Source: Callorhinchus milii (lineage: Eukaryota). From it: 64,000 nt of DNA. Position numbers and translations under genes: made by a program. Below, one piece after another: positions 12,650 through 25,240 of the stretch. The notes under the pieces were generated by a model. That model had not been told where the DNA came from. It did not search any database and saw nothing but the letters and a program-made list of their open reading frames with translations. The stretch lies in NCBI RefSeq assembly GCF_018977255.1, contig NW_024704743.1:10728001-10792000 (forward strand), written 5' to 3'. Every line of letters starts with the position of its first letter. The first letter of the stretch is position 1.

Positions 12650-13432
12650 ATGATGGGCTATGATGCAATGGCAATTAAAGGAGATTTGGCTCAAGCAAGG
12701 ACAGGAATGGGAGCTGAATATTCCTGGCTACAACCTATTCAGGAGGGATAGGGAAGTGAAAAAAGGAGGAGGGGTGGCAATACTCATTAGGGAAACAGTC
12801 GCGTTCCTGGAAAATGACGATGTGTTAGAGGGTCCAAAAACTGAATCTATTTGGTTAAGAGTTATGGAGCAGAAAATGAGCTGTTACTCTGTTAGGTATT
12901 TACTATAGACCTCCAAATAATGGGAAGGAAATAGATTAGCAAATCTGCAAGCAGATTTTGGAGAGATGCAAAACCAATACAGTAGTGATAATGGGGGACT
13001 TCAATTATCCTAACATACACTGGGAAACACACAGTGTAGAAGGCAAGGAAAGGGAGGAATTCCTGAAATGTGCAGGAGAAATTTCTGGATCAGTATGTTT
13101 CCAGCCCAACGAGGAAGGAAGCAGTGCTGGATTTAGTTCTGGGAAATGAAGTGGGGCAAGTGGAGTAGGTTTCAGTAGGAGAGCATCTGCATAGAATAGT
13201 TATGGTAAAGGACAACAATCAATCAAAGGTAACACTTCCTCAACTGGAAGAGGGCTAATTTCAGTGAGCTAAAAAGGGATCTGGCCAAGATAGATTGCAA
13301 AGAAAAGATTGGCAGGTAAGACAGCAAACAAACAATGGGAAGCCTTCAAGGAGGAGATAGTTCGGGGGCAGAGCAAATACATTCCCACAAAGGGGAAAGG
13401 TAGGACAGTCAAACCTCCCTGGATGACTAAGA
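12650..13432 (+). mobile_element. CR1 ORF2 apurinic-type endonuclease domain fragment (frameshifted)
   Basis: ELNIPGYNLFRRDR..GGGVAIL, ESIWL, VIMGDFNYPNIHW, and PPWMTK at the end. Confidence 0.9.
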
Positions 13433-13439
13433 GTGATTG

Positions 13440-14077
13440 AAAGGGGGGTTGTGGAGTGTGAGAGGGAAGATACAGTATGAGAAGGGAAGAGAGAGTAATT
13501 GAGAGAGAGAAAGAATGTGTGTGAGAGAAGGAGAGAGAGAGAGAGTGCCTAAGAGGGGGAGAGAGAGCGTTCTTTCCCCCTCCCCCTCTCTGTCCCTCCT
13601 TCCCCCTATTTCTCTCCCCCTCTCTTCCCCTCTCCCGAGCTCTCCCCCTTCTGCCCTCCTCTCCCCCCTCCACTCTCCCCTTCTATCTCTCCAACCCTAT
13701 TTCTCCTCTCCCTCTCTCGCCCCCTCATCTCTTCCTATCACTCCCCCCCCTCTCTCCCCCATCTCTCTCCCCCTCTCTTTCCCTCTCGTCTTTCTCCTCT
13801 CCTCTCTCCCTCTCTCTCTCCCCCTCTCTCTCTCTCTCCCTCTCTCTTTTCGCCTCTTCTCTCTCCCCCCTCTCTTTCCCCCATCCTCTCTCTCCTCCCC
13901 CTCTCTCTCCCTCCTCCTCTCTCTCTCCCTCTGCTTCCCTCACCCACTCTTTCTCTTCCCCCTTCTCCCTCTCTCGCCTCCACTCTCTCTCCCCCCCTTC
14001 TCTCACTCTCCTCTCTCTCTCCCCCTTTCACTACCCCCACCCTTTCACTCCCGCTCACCCCTCCCAATCTCTCTCCC
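13440..14077. repeat. Polypurine then polypyrimidine low-complexity tract
   Basis: GA-rich 13440-13568, then about 500 bp almost only C/T; explains the R/E/G- and P/L/S-rich ORFs. Confidence 0.95.
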
Positions 14078-14834
14078 AAGCGTGGGTCACCATCTACAGT
14101 AGCAGGAGCTGGCAGTTGGTTACTAATAGTCTTGGGTGAATGAGGCCCGTGGACCTTTTCCTCAAATAGGGGATGCAGCCTGGATCAGCCGCAGCAGCTG
14201 GATGGACCACCCTGATGCAGGATAACTTCTCATTAGCTCCACTGTCCTCATCCTCACCCGCAATCACTCCAATGCTTGCCAGGGGCATAGTCGCTGCACT
14301 TTTCAGTGAAGCCTGTGAAGCAATTTGCGATGTCTGGATGATGCAATAAAGCATTGTATCAAATGTGAGAATTATTGTTATTATTATTATTACCAAGTAA
14401 ATGTGATTATGTTTCTGGTTATTATTACCAGAAATGTTGTGCAGCATTTCTTAATAACCATTGATAACATTTGCCATTTGACATTAAGGGGTTAATCACA
14501 AACCATTTGATACAAGTGCAGTTCACTACAACTGCATCATGGGCAGGAAGTAAAGCACATCCCCATTGCAAGCCACATTTCTGATGATTATGCAATGGGG
14601 TTGGAGTTATATATTTAATATTGTGACCCATTGATTTTTTCTGCCATTTCTTTTGTCAGTGCCAGTTGCTGGTGTAAATTATCTTCCAATTTTTGCAACA
14701 AAACTACTTTGTTTTATACATTCCTCATGGCTTATGGTGACCTTGAAAAAATTATTTACAATGACATCCGGCTTTCCATCTCTAATTTATACTGGAAATG
14801 TTCACGTCTTTCATGTCAGAAAAACACCTCAAAG

Positions 14835-15070
14835 GGAGTCCTCTTTCTTCAGAGGTTGGTAAAGCAATGTACTGCTCCAGAAGACCAGAGATTTGTGATG
14901 GGGAATCAAGAATTGATTGGGATATTTAAAAGGGAGATTGATCAGTGGGAAGATCGGGGTAAGAAGCAGTTTGAGTAAAAGGCAGGAAATTAGTATTGAA
15001 AAAGGCATGTTCTAATAAATTGTTGAAAAAGGCTTGATTGACTGAATTGCCTCATCCTGCTCTGACTTTC
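14835..15070 (+). mobile_element. CR1 LINE 3' fragment (old)
   Basis: ttcttcagaggttggt..tttaaaagggagattgat (FKREID)..ctgaattgcctcatcctgctct. Confidence 0.6.
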
Positions 15071-15672
15071 CTGAAAGGCTGAGCAGATTTTGGCTCAACG
15101 TTAACCTCCTATCTCAATTAGATTCATGAACAATCCTGTGAAAATACTGACATGTTCATAAATCTCCATTGTAATTTATGTACATGGAGATTGTTACCAT
15201 CTGAATTTTCTTGTTCATTAGTTACCAAAAGTAAAAAATAACTGTTTATACAACAACAAAATTATATTTATAAGCACCTTTCACGTCGGGAGGATGTCCC
15301 AAAGTGCTGAGCTCTGAGTAACCTTGTCCTGCCTAAAAGTCTTTCTCTTCTATCTCTAATGTCACATCGCCATATTTTTGTGAAGAGCCCCGAGGTTTAC
15401 AGAAGTCAGAGAATTTGGTGAAGACACAGATCCATATCTACAGGATGGAGAGAGGCAATGCCTATGGTGGGCCAGGATTCAAGGTTATGGAATAACATCA
15501 ACAGGAACATAAAAATAATAATATTATTTCACATAAAAACTAATCATCTCAAATTGCTTTACAAAATTCAGTTCATTAGAAACAAAAGTGAACGTTGTTA
15601 TTTGGACATGTCTGCAACAGCATTGTTTCACACTGAGTGGCTGCTTAATTTGAATTTGAGGGTAAATCTATG

Positions 15673-16058
15673 TGTCAGCCTGGGTTAGTTGATAGCACTC
15701 TGGTTTCTGAGTCAAAGGTGTTGGGTTAAGCCCTACATCGGGACTTTAAACTCACAGTCTAGGCTGACACTATCAGAGGTGCCGTCCTTCAGATGAGATA
15801 TTAAACTGCTTGTTCTGATGGACATTAAAGAACCCAGGATACTATTCGAAAAGAGAAGGGAGTTTCTCCCAATGACTTGGCCAACAATCCCAGAATAAAA
15901 TTTGTCATTCACTTCATGCCAATTGTGGGAAATTTTTGACACATTCGTCTACAGTACACAGCATACACTTTACATTAGATGCTCTGAAGCACTTTGAGAC
16001 GTCCTCCTAATGTGAAAGGTACTACAGTATATCAAATGCAAGGATTATTATTATTATT
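15673..16058 (+). mobile_element. Deu-domain SINE family B
   Basis: gtcagcctgggttagttgatagcactc..ctgagtca head, gccgtccttcagatgag, ttggccaacaatcc, tail atatcaaatgcaagg(att)n. Confidence 0.8.
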
Positions 16059-16100
16059 AACAAATATGGAATAGTAGGGGAAAATATCCACAAACCTACA

Positions 16101-16433
16101 ATGCCCAAGATGGTGAATGAGAGAGTTATGCATACGCAAAGCTTTCTCCAGTCCCTCCACATTGTTCTGGACGAGAGGTTAGCTTCAGTGGAACATGCTG
16201 TCACTGTTTGACTGAGCAGCTTGGACATTTCCCTAATGGACAGTCTCACAGCTGCCATCTCTTCTGTTGGCTCCAGTCTCCAAGGAGCCATCACTTCTGC
16301 TTTTGAAAGTCTTGTAAGTGAGCTGTAGTCAGACTTTCAGGATCACTTTAAGGATCTCATAGAGGCAGAGAGCTCTGTCCTCAGTCAGTTCACAGTCATG
16401 CATGTTGCAGACCACCGGTGTTTTGTACAGTGA
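16101..16433 (+). pseudogene. Possible decayed coding remnant (helical, unassigned)
   Basis: One frame from ATG 16101 to TGA 16431-16433 broken only by TGA and TAG, each one transition from CGA/CAG; composition differs from flanks. Confidence 0.35.
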
Positions 16434-17526
16434 GTATCTCATTGTACAGAGTTCTTTCCACATTCAGTGCCTCTCCATGTTCATCAAGCACTAGGATAAC
16501 AGAGGTATAAAGGGGTGCATTGAATAGGTGGAACATTAGGATTAAACACATCTAACAAAATTTACTGAGTGGTGGAACAGGATTGATAGGTTGAATGGCC
16601 TCTTCTTTCTGTTCTCCAATTTCCTGTGACTTCAACCACTTTGCACCTGTTACACCACTCTCAAAAATCCCACCCTCTGTCGTTATCATTGCAGTGGATT
16701 ATTATCATTACTATCTTTTCACTTTCAGACTGGAAGAAATTCAACTTGGGTTTGGACTTAGACTTTTTTCCTTTGTGTGCAAATAATGGACAATTCTTCA
16801 ATTTGGACTTCATTATGAAGCCTTTTTAACATTGAGCATTAAATTCTAGGAACAAATGTTGTGTTAGTTTTTCAAACCATTCTTTGTGGTAATTAACATA
16901 TCTTTGACTATTTTTTATTTGACTGATACAGATTTGACTATGAGCTGAAGCCCGACAAGGGCTTGAACGCAGAATTTTTAAACCCAGAGGTGAGAGTGGT
17001 GAGCCAAGCTGGCAATATGTCCAGGGCGACTCCATCATAACACGGAAGTTTAGGTTCATAAAATCAGACCTCACGTTACAAAGATGTACACCAAAAATGG
17101 TTGATTTCCGTATAATCAAGTAGCTGTTTATTTCAAATTTTACATGCTACACATGGTTGCTATTTGGAGAAAGTGCTGCTGACCTCACTTCCTGTGCATT
17201 AGGCAAATGGAACATGCAAGAAGTTAATTCACAAGCTGTAAGGCGGCCATTTTGTAGCCCAGGAAGTGGAACCCAGAAGTATACTACATTGCTGATAATT
17301 GCTGTTCCACAGGACACCCTTAATAGAAGCAGACTAGCGCTCCAGCAAGACTCTTTATAAATCCCTGTATTGATGTATCTCCCTGTATTGATATACTAAG
17401 CACTCCGGGACTCTACCCCGGATAAAGGGTGCTATATAAATGCACGTTGTTATCATCACTATTTTATAAGGAATAAATAGGCATTTGGGAACAGCCTTGC
17501 TGCGTAATTGAAATTAGCTTGAGCCT

Positions 17527-17833
17527 TAATAATATAATAATAATGATCCTTGCATTTGATATAGTGCTTTTCATGTCTTCTCGATGTCACAAAGCGCTTC
17601 ACAGAATAGACTGTAAAGTGAATTGACCGTATATTTGTGGGTGAAATGCGGCGGCCAATTGTGCACAGCAGTGTTCCACAAACAGTCGTGGATTGAAAAT
17701 GACCAATTTATTATTGTTTTGGAGAGATTATTATTAGGTGTGTGGAGTAAGGAAACTTGCCCAAGGTTTCGCCCTGCCTGGAATTGAACCCAGGTGTCTC
17801 GCTTGCAAGGCGAGTGCTCTAACCACTGAGCTG
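17527..17833 (-). mobile_element. Family A SINE, short form
   Basis: Collinear with 8411-8729, missing about the first 10 nt. Confidence 0.9.
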
Positions 17834-19109
17834 AAAATAACTGAAAATAGTGAGCAGCGGAAGGACAAAAGGCATGGAGGGTACAACATGTCAAAATATA
17901 ATGCAGAATAAATATTGGAAAATGAGAACATAACAAGTAATGAGAACTTAATATAAGGATTATTATTATATTCAAGTGTCAGCCTGGATGATGAGTTGAA
18001 AATCCTGGGATAGTTAGTGTATTAGGTGGGAGGAGGAGTGGGGTAGTTATCTTGGAAGGGCCCTTGTTGTTCTCTGGGTCTGTTTGCACTCTTTACACGT
18101 GCAGTCAATGGGATTACTCTGCAACCATGTTATAACATAAATTGCACCATAAAGAAGTAGATTATAATGAGCTTGAAATTTGTAGTGTTCCATAACATGT
18201 TCATTATAACAACTGCAAAGCTAAAAAGGGTATTGTAAAAAATAAATGTGAAAACATTGAGAATTTCACCCCATGGCCCTCTACAAACTGTTTCCATGTG
18301 TTATTTGTTTCATAACTTTAATTTGGTTCTGAATGGAAGAGGTTAAATCAAGTCAGTCATGGTAACAAGCCCATCTTGTGACTTAAGAGATTCCTGCTAA
18401 AACCTTTGGTTTTATTACATTTTCCATGACAACGCTAAATTACACCGCCTGGCCTGACTACCTAAGACACTGGAGGGGCTGGAGACTGGAGGAGTTTTCA
18501 ATATAAAGGGAATTGATAGATTGAAAGGCCTATTCTGCCTCTGTGTAATGTTTCTACCTCCTGGACTTTGGCATAAATGAGCAAGCCAAGTAGTACAAAG
18601 TACTGTTTACATAATGCATTACATTGCTCAGTATTTACTCTGGAGCTGTTAACATCGTTTTTGTTTTGCTCCAGTGACCATTAAGCCACTAATTCAGGTA
18701 ATTAAAGAGCAGGTTTTAGACCAGCCAGTATTGTCTGGGTGCTCCAGAGTTAATAAATGGAGTTAATTAAGTCCACCTCCTGAGGTAGTATTTTTAGAGC
18801 AAAGCAGATGGTTACTTGTACTGACAGTGTGCGGGCAATGTTTCCAAACAGTTTTAATCTTTTATTGTGATTTTTAACCAAATGTTCATCAGGTGCTGGC
18901 TAGCTGAAACCTTGGTCTCTGAAACTAAGAACTCAACATTACCAGGTGTTCCCAATGCCAATAATAATTGCATTTTATAGAGCCTTATATCGTGGGACAT
19001 TGTTGTGTGCAAACTGGCTGCAGTCTTTGCCTCCAAACAAAGTCAGTATACTTTATACCCACAAAATACACAGTCAAACCATTTTACAATATATCCTGTG
19101 AAGTGCTTT

Positions 19110-19442
19110 GAAACAACAATTTGCATTTATATAGCGCCCTCATGCAAGGTAGCTTCCCAGAGTGCTTGATAGTGGTGGAGCATGGGGGGAGGGAGAGGTG
19201 ACCGTAGGCAAGGTTGAAGAGGAAGGTCTTCAGGCACAACCTGAAGATGGGGAAGGAAGGGACAAGGTGGAGGGATAGAGGAAGAGTGTTCCAGAGTTTT
19301 GGGGTGTAGTGGATGAAAGCACGGAGGGCAAGAGGGAAAAGTAGGAGGCCGGAGCCAGTCAAGCGGAGGCAGCGGGCTGTAAGCAGATCGCAGAGGTTGG
19401 GAGGTGCCAGGGCATGAAGGGATTTGAAAACGAGCATGAGAA
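19110..19442 (-). mobile_element. L2 LINE 3' fragment
   Basis: ORF 19084-19437 LVFKSLHALAP..LWNTLP..LKTFLF; tail caacaatttgcatttatatagcgcc. Confidence 0.85.
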
Positions 19443-21896
19443 TAGTCTTAACGATGTGATATCAACAATAAATTGTATTTATATAGCACCTTTCACTTCA
19501 GGGGACATCCCTAGGCACTGATAAGAGTTATGTCAAATGCAAAGATTATCATCATAAATGCAAGGATTATTATTTACAGGAAATCTTGTAAAATGCTTTG
19601 AAAAATGCTTTGACATATCTTGAGATGTCTTTACAATATGACAAAGTACAATATCAAATGCAACAATCATTATTATTTTATTTGTATAGCATTTTAGAGT
19701 GACAAAATTGATCAACCACTTCATGGCTGTTTGTGGGAGCTTACTGTGATTAAAAATCTGCTGCATTTGTCCAAAAAATATGCAGTCACTACACTTTGTA
19801 GTAAATCCTGTAAAGCATTCGTGGAAGGTAATTTGCGGTATGAAACAATATATGAAGAGAGAAAGGGCTGAAAGCACACTCAAAAAGATAATTTTTTAAG
19901 GCAGGAAGGCGGGAAGGAAGGGAGGCAACAATGCAAAGGGACTCCAAGATGCAGTTCCAGAGAGCAGATTTACATATATTGTATTGCATTTTGTTAAAGA
20001 AAATGCTGCTCAATTTATTTGTATACGTACATAAATAAAATATAATATTAAACTTTCAAACATTATGTTGTGAAAAGTTTTGTACTTTTATTTTGTGTTA
20101 CAGTTCAGTTCAATTTATGTTCGCTTTTGACTCTTTCCCTTATTTTTCTCCAAATTGGATTGTGGTCTGGGTTTAAATTCTGAAGTTGCTTCTATTAACC
20201 AATCTCTTGAGCATTACCTGATGCATTCATCTTCGCTAATGACCTACTCTGCTTCACCACATCTCAAACTAACTTCCACATGAGATCATAAATGCGAAGT
20301 CTTCCTTTATAATTGAATAGTATAACTTCAATTCAAGCATACTTCTGGAATAGATTTACCCTTTAATGCGAGGAGGATATTGATTTCCCAATTTTACAGT
20401 ATCATCCTTTTGATGTGCATCGTCTGTGAAACTATGTTTTGCATTTTGCCTCAGGAAGCATAATCCACACAAGGAACAACTTGGCATCATGTTATATTGA
20501 GTGATCAAATATCTCTTTGCGTTTATGTTGAATTTCTTGCCAAAAGCATAATGCATTGGAGTGTTTGTGGGATGTTGCCATGCGCACATTAGCTGCCCAC
20601 AAAATACACAGTCACTGCACTTCACAGTAAAATTCCTGTGAGACATCTCAACAAGATAAAGCAATTTATCAAATGCAAAAATTATTATGAAATGATGCAC
20701 CCCACAGTCAAAGCATTGTTTGCCCAGGCACAGAATATGTAGCCTGATCATTCTGCTATAAATGATTATCAAGCAGAGGTGTGTGAAGGGCGCTCTGTAC
20801 ATCAGTTCACTGTAATAGTATATAAAACTGAAAATAAATTTAATTTTATTGCATTGAAAGATCCCAGAGCTCTTCACTGTCAAGTAATTGTGACTGTCTG
20901 GTTGTATGTAAATCCTGCAACAATTTATGTCAGCACGTTCCCACAATTATCCATGAAGTAAATGACAGCAACAACAACGTGCATGTATATTGGACCCTTC
21001 ACTCAAAGTAGAATCTCAGAGCACTTAAATGATCTGCTAATCTGCAGGTTAGTTGACCAGAACACCAGGAGAAACTCTGTCCTATTAATAACAATAATAG
21101 ACTTAAGTTTATTATTATTTTTGAGTTTGATATTCAAGATTGGTTTGGATGAAGAATGCTCTTTGGCTCATCTGATCTCATTCTTCCAGAATATAGGAAC
21201 TTTTACGTCAGAATCATGTAAACTGTGTAATGTGTCATGATATAAACTTTAATATCAGTCACCATGTAGGAAGCAACCATCTTTTCCATGTAATTTTATG
21301 ATACATTTCTTGAAGTCAGTTTGCCTCACAGTTTCTTCTGGATGCCAAAGATACAGATTCTTCCTGAAACACCTTCAGAACGGTGTCCAATTTTCTGTAA
21401 GGTTCCACTTGGGACCCAAAATAAACCATGAGGATTCATTTTATACACTATATATGTAGAATAAATAAATAATTTGGACAAAGCAATGAAGTGAATGCCC
21501 AATTTTTGGCCTGGACACAGGGAGAAAACCACTTTTACAAGTGGTGCCATGGGATCTTTAACAACCACATGAACAGCAAGTGGCATCTCGGTTTAATCTC
21601 CCATATGAAAGAATCTGTGACATTGCAGCTTCAAAGAAAAACTTGGAAGACGTTCTTCTTTGCCATTATATATATAATTTTTCTTTGCAATAGATTACTG
21701 TTCGACAAAATAGGCCTCCAATTACTCTGCACTCTTCAAAATTAAACACGCTTCAGAGGGACTTAAGGTTTAATAATGATGGATCTTCTCATAAAACCAG
21801 CCTCAGGTATTCCACCCAATTAATTGTTTATTGAGCAGCTGAATGAATTTACTTCCATAATATGTTAGGTTAGCCTTGTTCTGTCTAACAGCAGCA

Positions 21897-22282
21897 AACA
21901 CAAATTACATTTGTATAGCGACTTTCATGTCGGGAAGATGTCCCAAGGAGCTGGACAGTCAGGAATTTTGACCAGAGCAGGGGGTTGAAATCAGGAGAGG
22001 TGGAGGGCAGGGAGGGTCAGAGGGTGGCTGAAGGTGCAGTCGATGAGGAGGGTGTTGAGACGTGCCTTGAAGGAGGCAAAGGAGGGAGCAAAATGAAGGG
22101 ACTGTGAGATAGAGTTCCAAAGAGTGGGGGCGGAGAGGCCGACGGCCCGACAGCTGATGGTGCAGCAGGCCAGGCGGGTACGTGGAGCAAGAGTGCTCAG
22201 TGGAGTGAGAGGACAGGTTGATATGGTGTTAACAGTTTCACAGAGGTAGAAAGGAGCAAGACCGTGGGGAGCTTTGAATTAC
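21897..22282 (-). mobile_element. L2 LINE 3' fragment
   Basis: tttgtatagcgactttcatgtcgggaagatgtccc tail; gatagagttccaaag (LWNSI antisense). Confidence 0.8.
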
Positions 22283-22727
22283 ATTCAATCTTACATTCAA
22301 TTTTGTGGCGTTTGCCCACAAAACACACAGTGTAGCCTGTGAAGTGCTCTGGGGCATCTTCCCAATGTGAATGGCACTGTACCAAATGTAATAATTATTG
22401 ATAATTTATTCAATGTTTAATGCTGAAGTTGTTGCTTTTTAAGTACTGGAGAAAACTGCTTCGAAATTATGACTGAATATTTCACATGAATGCAAGATCT
22501 CAAATTTAAAACAAAATGATCTAATGAGCTAAAATTAGGTGGAACTTTGTCCTAACCTTCAGTAGATCTTATATGTAGTACACTCCTATTAGGACATTAA
22601 GATTCGTAGCTCCAGCTGGGAGATTCAGAATTCTCTGGGAACAAGGCCAATGTAATTTCGTCACATACCATATAGTCTGGTATGTTCACAGAGATGATTA
22701 ATCTTTACAAGTAAGGTTTAATGAATG

Positions 22728-23010
22728 CACTGTGTGGTACAAACACATACAGGTCAATAAGGTGCTAACTTCAATGCCTGGCTTGTACAGTGTTAAACTC
22801 TCTCCGCCAAGTGGAGTTGTCACAATTGGTCTGAGAAGCCCATGTTGGGGAGAGGTAATCAATCAAGACTTCTATTGCTGCCTGTTGGAATTACCAATGG
22901 TAGGTTGGGTTTATTGAGTATGCTGCGATGAGCCTCATGGTAAAATAGCCATTGGAAGAACAGTGAATTGAAAAAGCCAGCTGATGGGGCACAGGAACCA
23001 AACCTGAGAA
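22728..23010 (+). mobile_element. Probable old SINE-like repeat of a different family
   Basis: cactgtgtggt..catacagg..ttcaatgcctgg..acaattggtctg resembles a tRNA-derived chondrichthyan repeat as I recall it; one diverged copy only. Confidence 0.3.
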
Positions 23011-23568
23011 CGAGGCCCTCAGGAGTCCCATTTACAATAATAATAATCCTTGGATTTCATGTCATCGAGAAATCTCAAAGTGCTTTATAGGATTTACTGT
23101 AAATTATTGTTACAGTGTCAAAACTGTGTGTTTTGTAGGGACATGGGATATTGTGCCCAACAATATCCTACAAACAGCCACGAATTGAATGGTTTGGGTC
23201 TCCAATCCCGACCCCCAGTTCACACAATTGTGCAGGTTGGCAACAGTTCTTCGGAATATGTTAAAATTAGATTTAAATGGGAAACTAGTTTTAGAAAAAT
23301 AGTCAATTTTTCACAGAGGTGAAGAGGTTTTGATATTATTTCTATTTTCTCTTATATACTGGTTCATGTTATTTACTGGTAATAATGGATGACATTTTTT
23401 CCCCCCACGGAGATACCATAAAATAATTTTATTTTTGATGTTCTTGCCACTTTCAACCATCCATCCTTCTCAAGGGTGAGGAGAATGTGCTTGGCTATTT
23501 TGCCTACTAGTGAGATAGGGTACCTTGAAAGGTACTACCAGGCCAGTTGTCCAACAAACAAGATTTAC

Positions 23569-23745
23569 ATTAGAATAATTAGAATATACAGCACAGAAAC
23601 AGGCCATTCGGCCCAACTGGTCTATGCCGGTGTTTATGCTCCACATGAGCCTCCTCCTATCCTTCCTCAACTAAGCCTTCAAGCATAATCTTCTATTCCT
23701 TTCTCCCTCATGTATTCCTTGCTCCCTAGCTTTCCCTTAAAGATG
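23569..23745 (-). mobile_element. CR1 LINE 3' UTR fragment
   Basis: tacagcacagaaacaggccattcggccca, reverse of the CR1 3' terminal stem region. Confidence 0.8.
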
Positions 23746-24414
23746 TTATTTAGACATTTAGATGTCAGCCTGGCTCAGTTGGTAGCCCTCTTGCCTCTGA
23801 GTAAGAAAGTTGTGGGTTCAAGACCTACATTGCACAAATCATTTCATGCTCTGGCACTTCTCTATATGAAAAGCACTATTGCAAATGTAAGGATTATTTT
23901 GTTGATTCTGTTTTTATTGAAATATGGAATTGAAAATGTGCTCATTGGAAAACTAATAGCACAAGGAAAGTGATGCACCTCACTGGATAAAATGCCTCTG
24001 GACATAATGCGCTTTGTTTTCCAGGGACTGCATGCCCAGGGAACTCCATGCATTTCACACTGTTTTGGGAGAACCTGGCTCCAAGAAAGTTTTGTGTCGT
24101 AATCAAGCTATTGTGAGTTTCTCGGACTTACGTGGGATTTTATGGAGGAGAAGCATTGAGCATTCTGAGACTCTTTTTCTACTTACACTGCCATCCCTAC
24201 GTCAAGTATATTTTTTAAACTCCACTTTGGATTAGTTTCTATTCTCTTTTCCTCACATGTTCTTCACTTTTTCTCTTGAAGGGTTGTGACTCTTATGGAT
24301 CTATTCTTTGAGTTAACCTGACCAGTGAATACAGCATAATATTCAACTTTGGGCTTTGGTGGTTGTAGTGGGAGAGAGGGAAGGGGTTCTGAACACCACA
24401 CCTCAGGAAAGATA

Positions 24415-24912
24415 TATTGGCCCCGGAGTGGGTTCACCGGGATGTTACCAGGCCTAAAAGGGTTAAGCTACGAGGAAAGGCTGCATACACTTGGATTGTA
24501 TTCCCTTGAGTTTAGAAGGTTGAGGGGCTATTTGATTGAGGTATTTAAGATGATAAAAGGATTCAATAGAGTAGATACAGAGAAGCTACTTCTGCTGGTT
24601 GGCAAATCCAAAACAAGAGGGCATAGTCTTAAAATTAGAACCAGGCCATTTAAGAGTGAAGTCAGGAAACAATTTTTCATTCAAAAGGGGATAGAAATCT
24701 GGAATTCTCTCCTCCAAAAGGCCGTGGATGCCAGATCCATCCATACCTTCAAGAGTGAGGTTGATAGATTTTTGGTAGGTCAGGGTATTAAGGAATGGGG
24801 AGAACATGTAAAATTGGAATTAGAAGGATTAGTTGAGATACAGATCAGCCATGATCTAATTAAATGGCGGAACAGGCTTGAAGGGCTGAATGGCTTAGTC
24901 CTGTTCATGTTC
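24415..24912 (+). mobile_element. CR1 LINE 3' fragment
   Basis: LSYEERLHTLGLYSLEFRRLRG..TRGHSLKI..IWNSL; 3' UTR aagggctgaatggc. Confidence 0.92.
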
Positions 24913-24917
24913 CAATC

Positions 24918-25240
24918 AGGGTTTTTCAGACCTGACCTGGGAGTTGGGGTCAGGAGGAATGGAGGGTGTGGGGTGGCCAAAGGCACTGTCAAAGTGGAAG
25001 GTCTTATATGGGACTTGAAATAGGCAAGAGAGGGGGTGAGGTGGAGGGATTGCGGAATAGAGTTCCAGTGTCTGGGGGCAGAGTTGTCAAATGCCTGACC
25101 ACCAATGGTGGGGTGGGAAGTGCGGGGGACCTGAAGCAGGCCAGTGTCCGCTGAGTGTAGGGAGTGGACAGGCTGATATGGCGTTAGGAGGTCAGTGAAG
25201 CGTGGAGATGTGGACAAATCCCCAATGCTGTGAATCAAAG
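24918..25240 (-). mobile_element. L2 LINE 3' fragment
   Basis: DLLTPYQPVHSLHSADTGLLQVPR..IGGQAF..WNSIP in ORF 24780-25271. Confidence 0.85.

Noticed and set aside
13269..14102. Long R/E/G- and P/L/S-rich ORFs
   Set aside because: Artefacts of the GA/CT tract, which has few stop codons.
17362..17392. Short tandem duplications (ccctgtattgat twice; ttacattcaat twice near 22279)
   Set aside because: Ordinary slippage with no further structure.
20356..20946. 196-aa minus-strand ORF
   Set aside because: Crosses an antisense SINE fragment; no recognisable domain.
21330..21395. Possible minus-strand micro-exon (KLDTVLKVFQEESVSLASRRN)
   Set aside because: Weak pyrimidine tract and donor; peptide not recognised; no partner exons.
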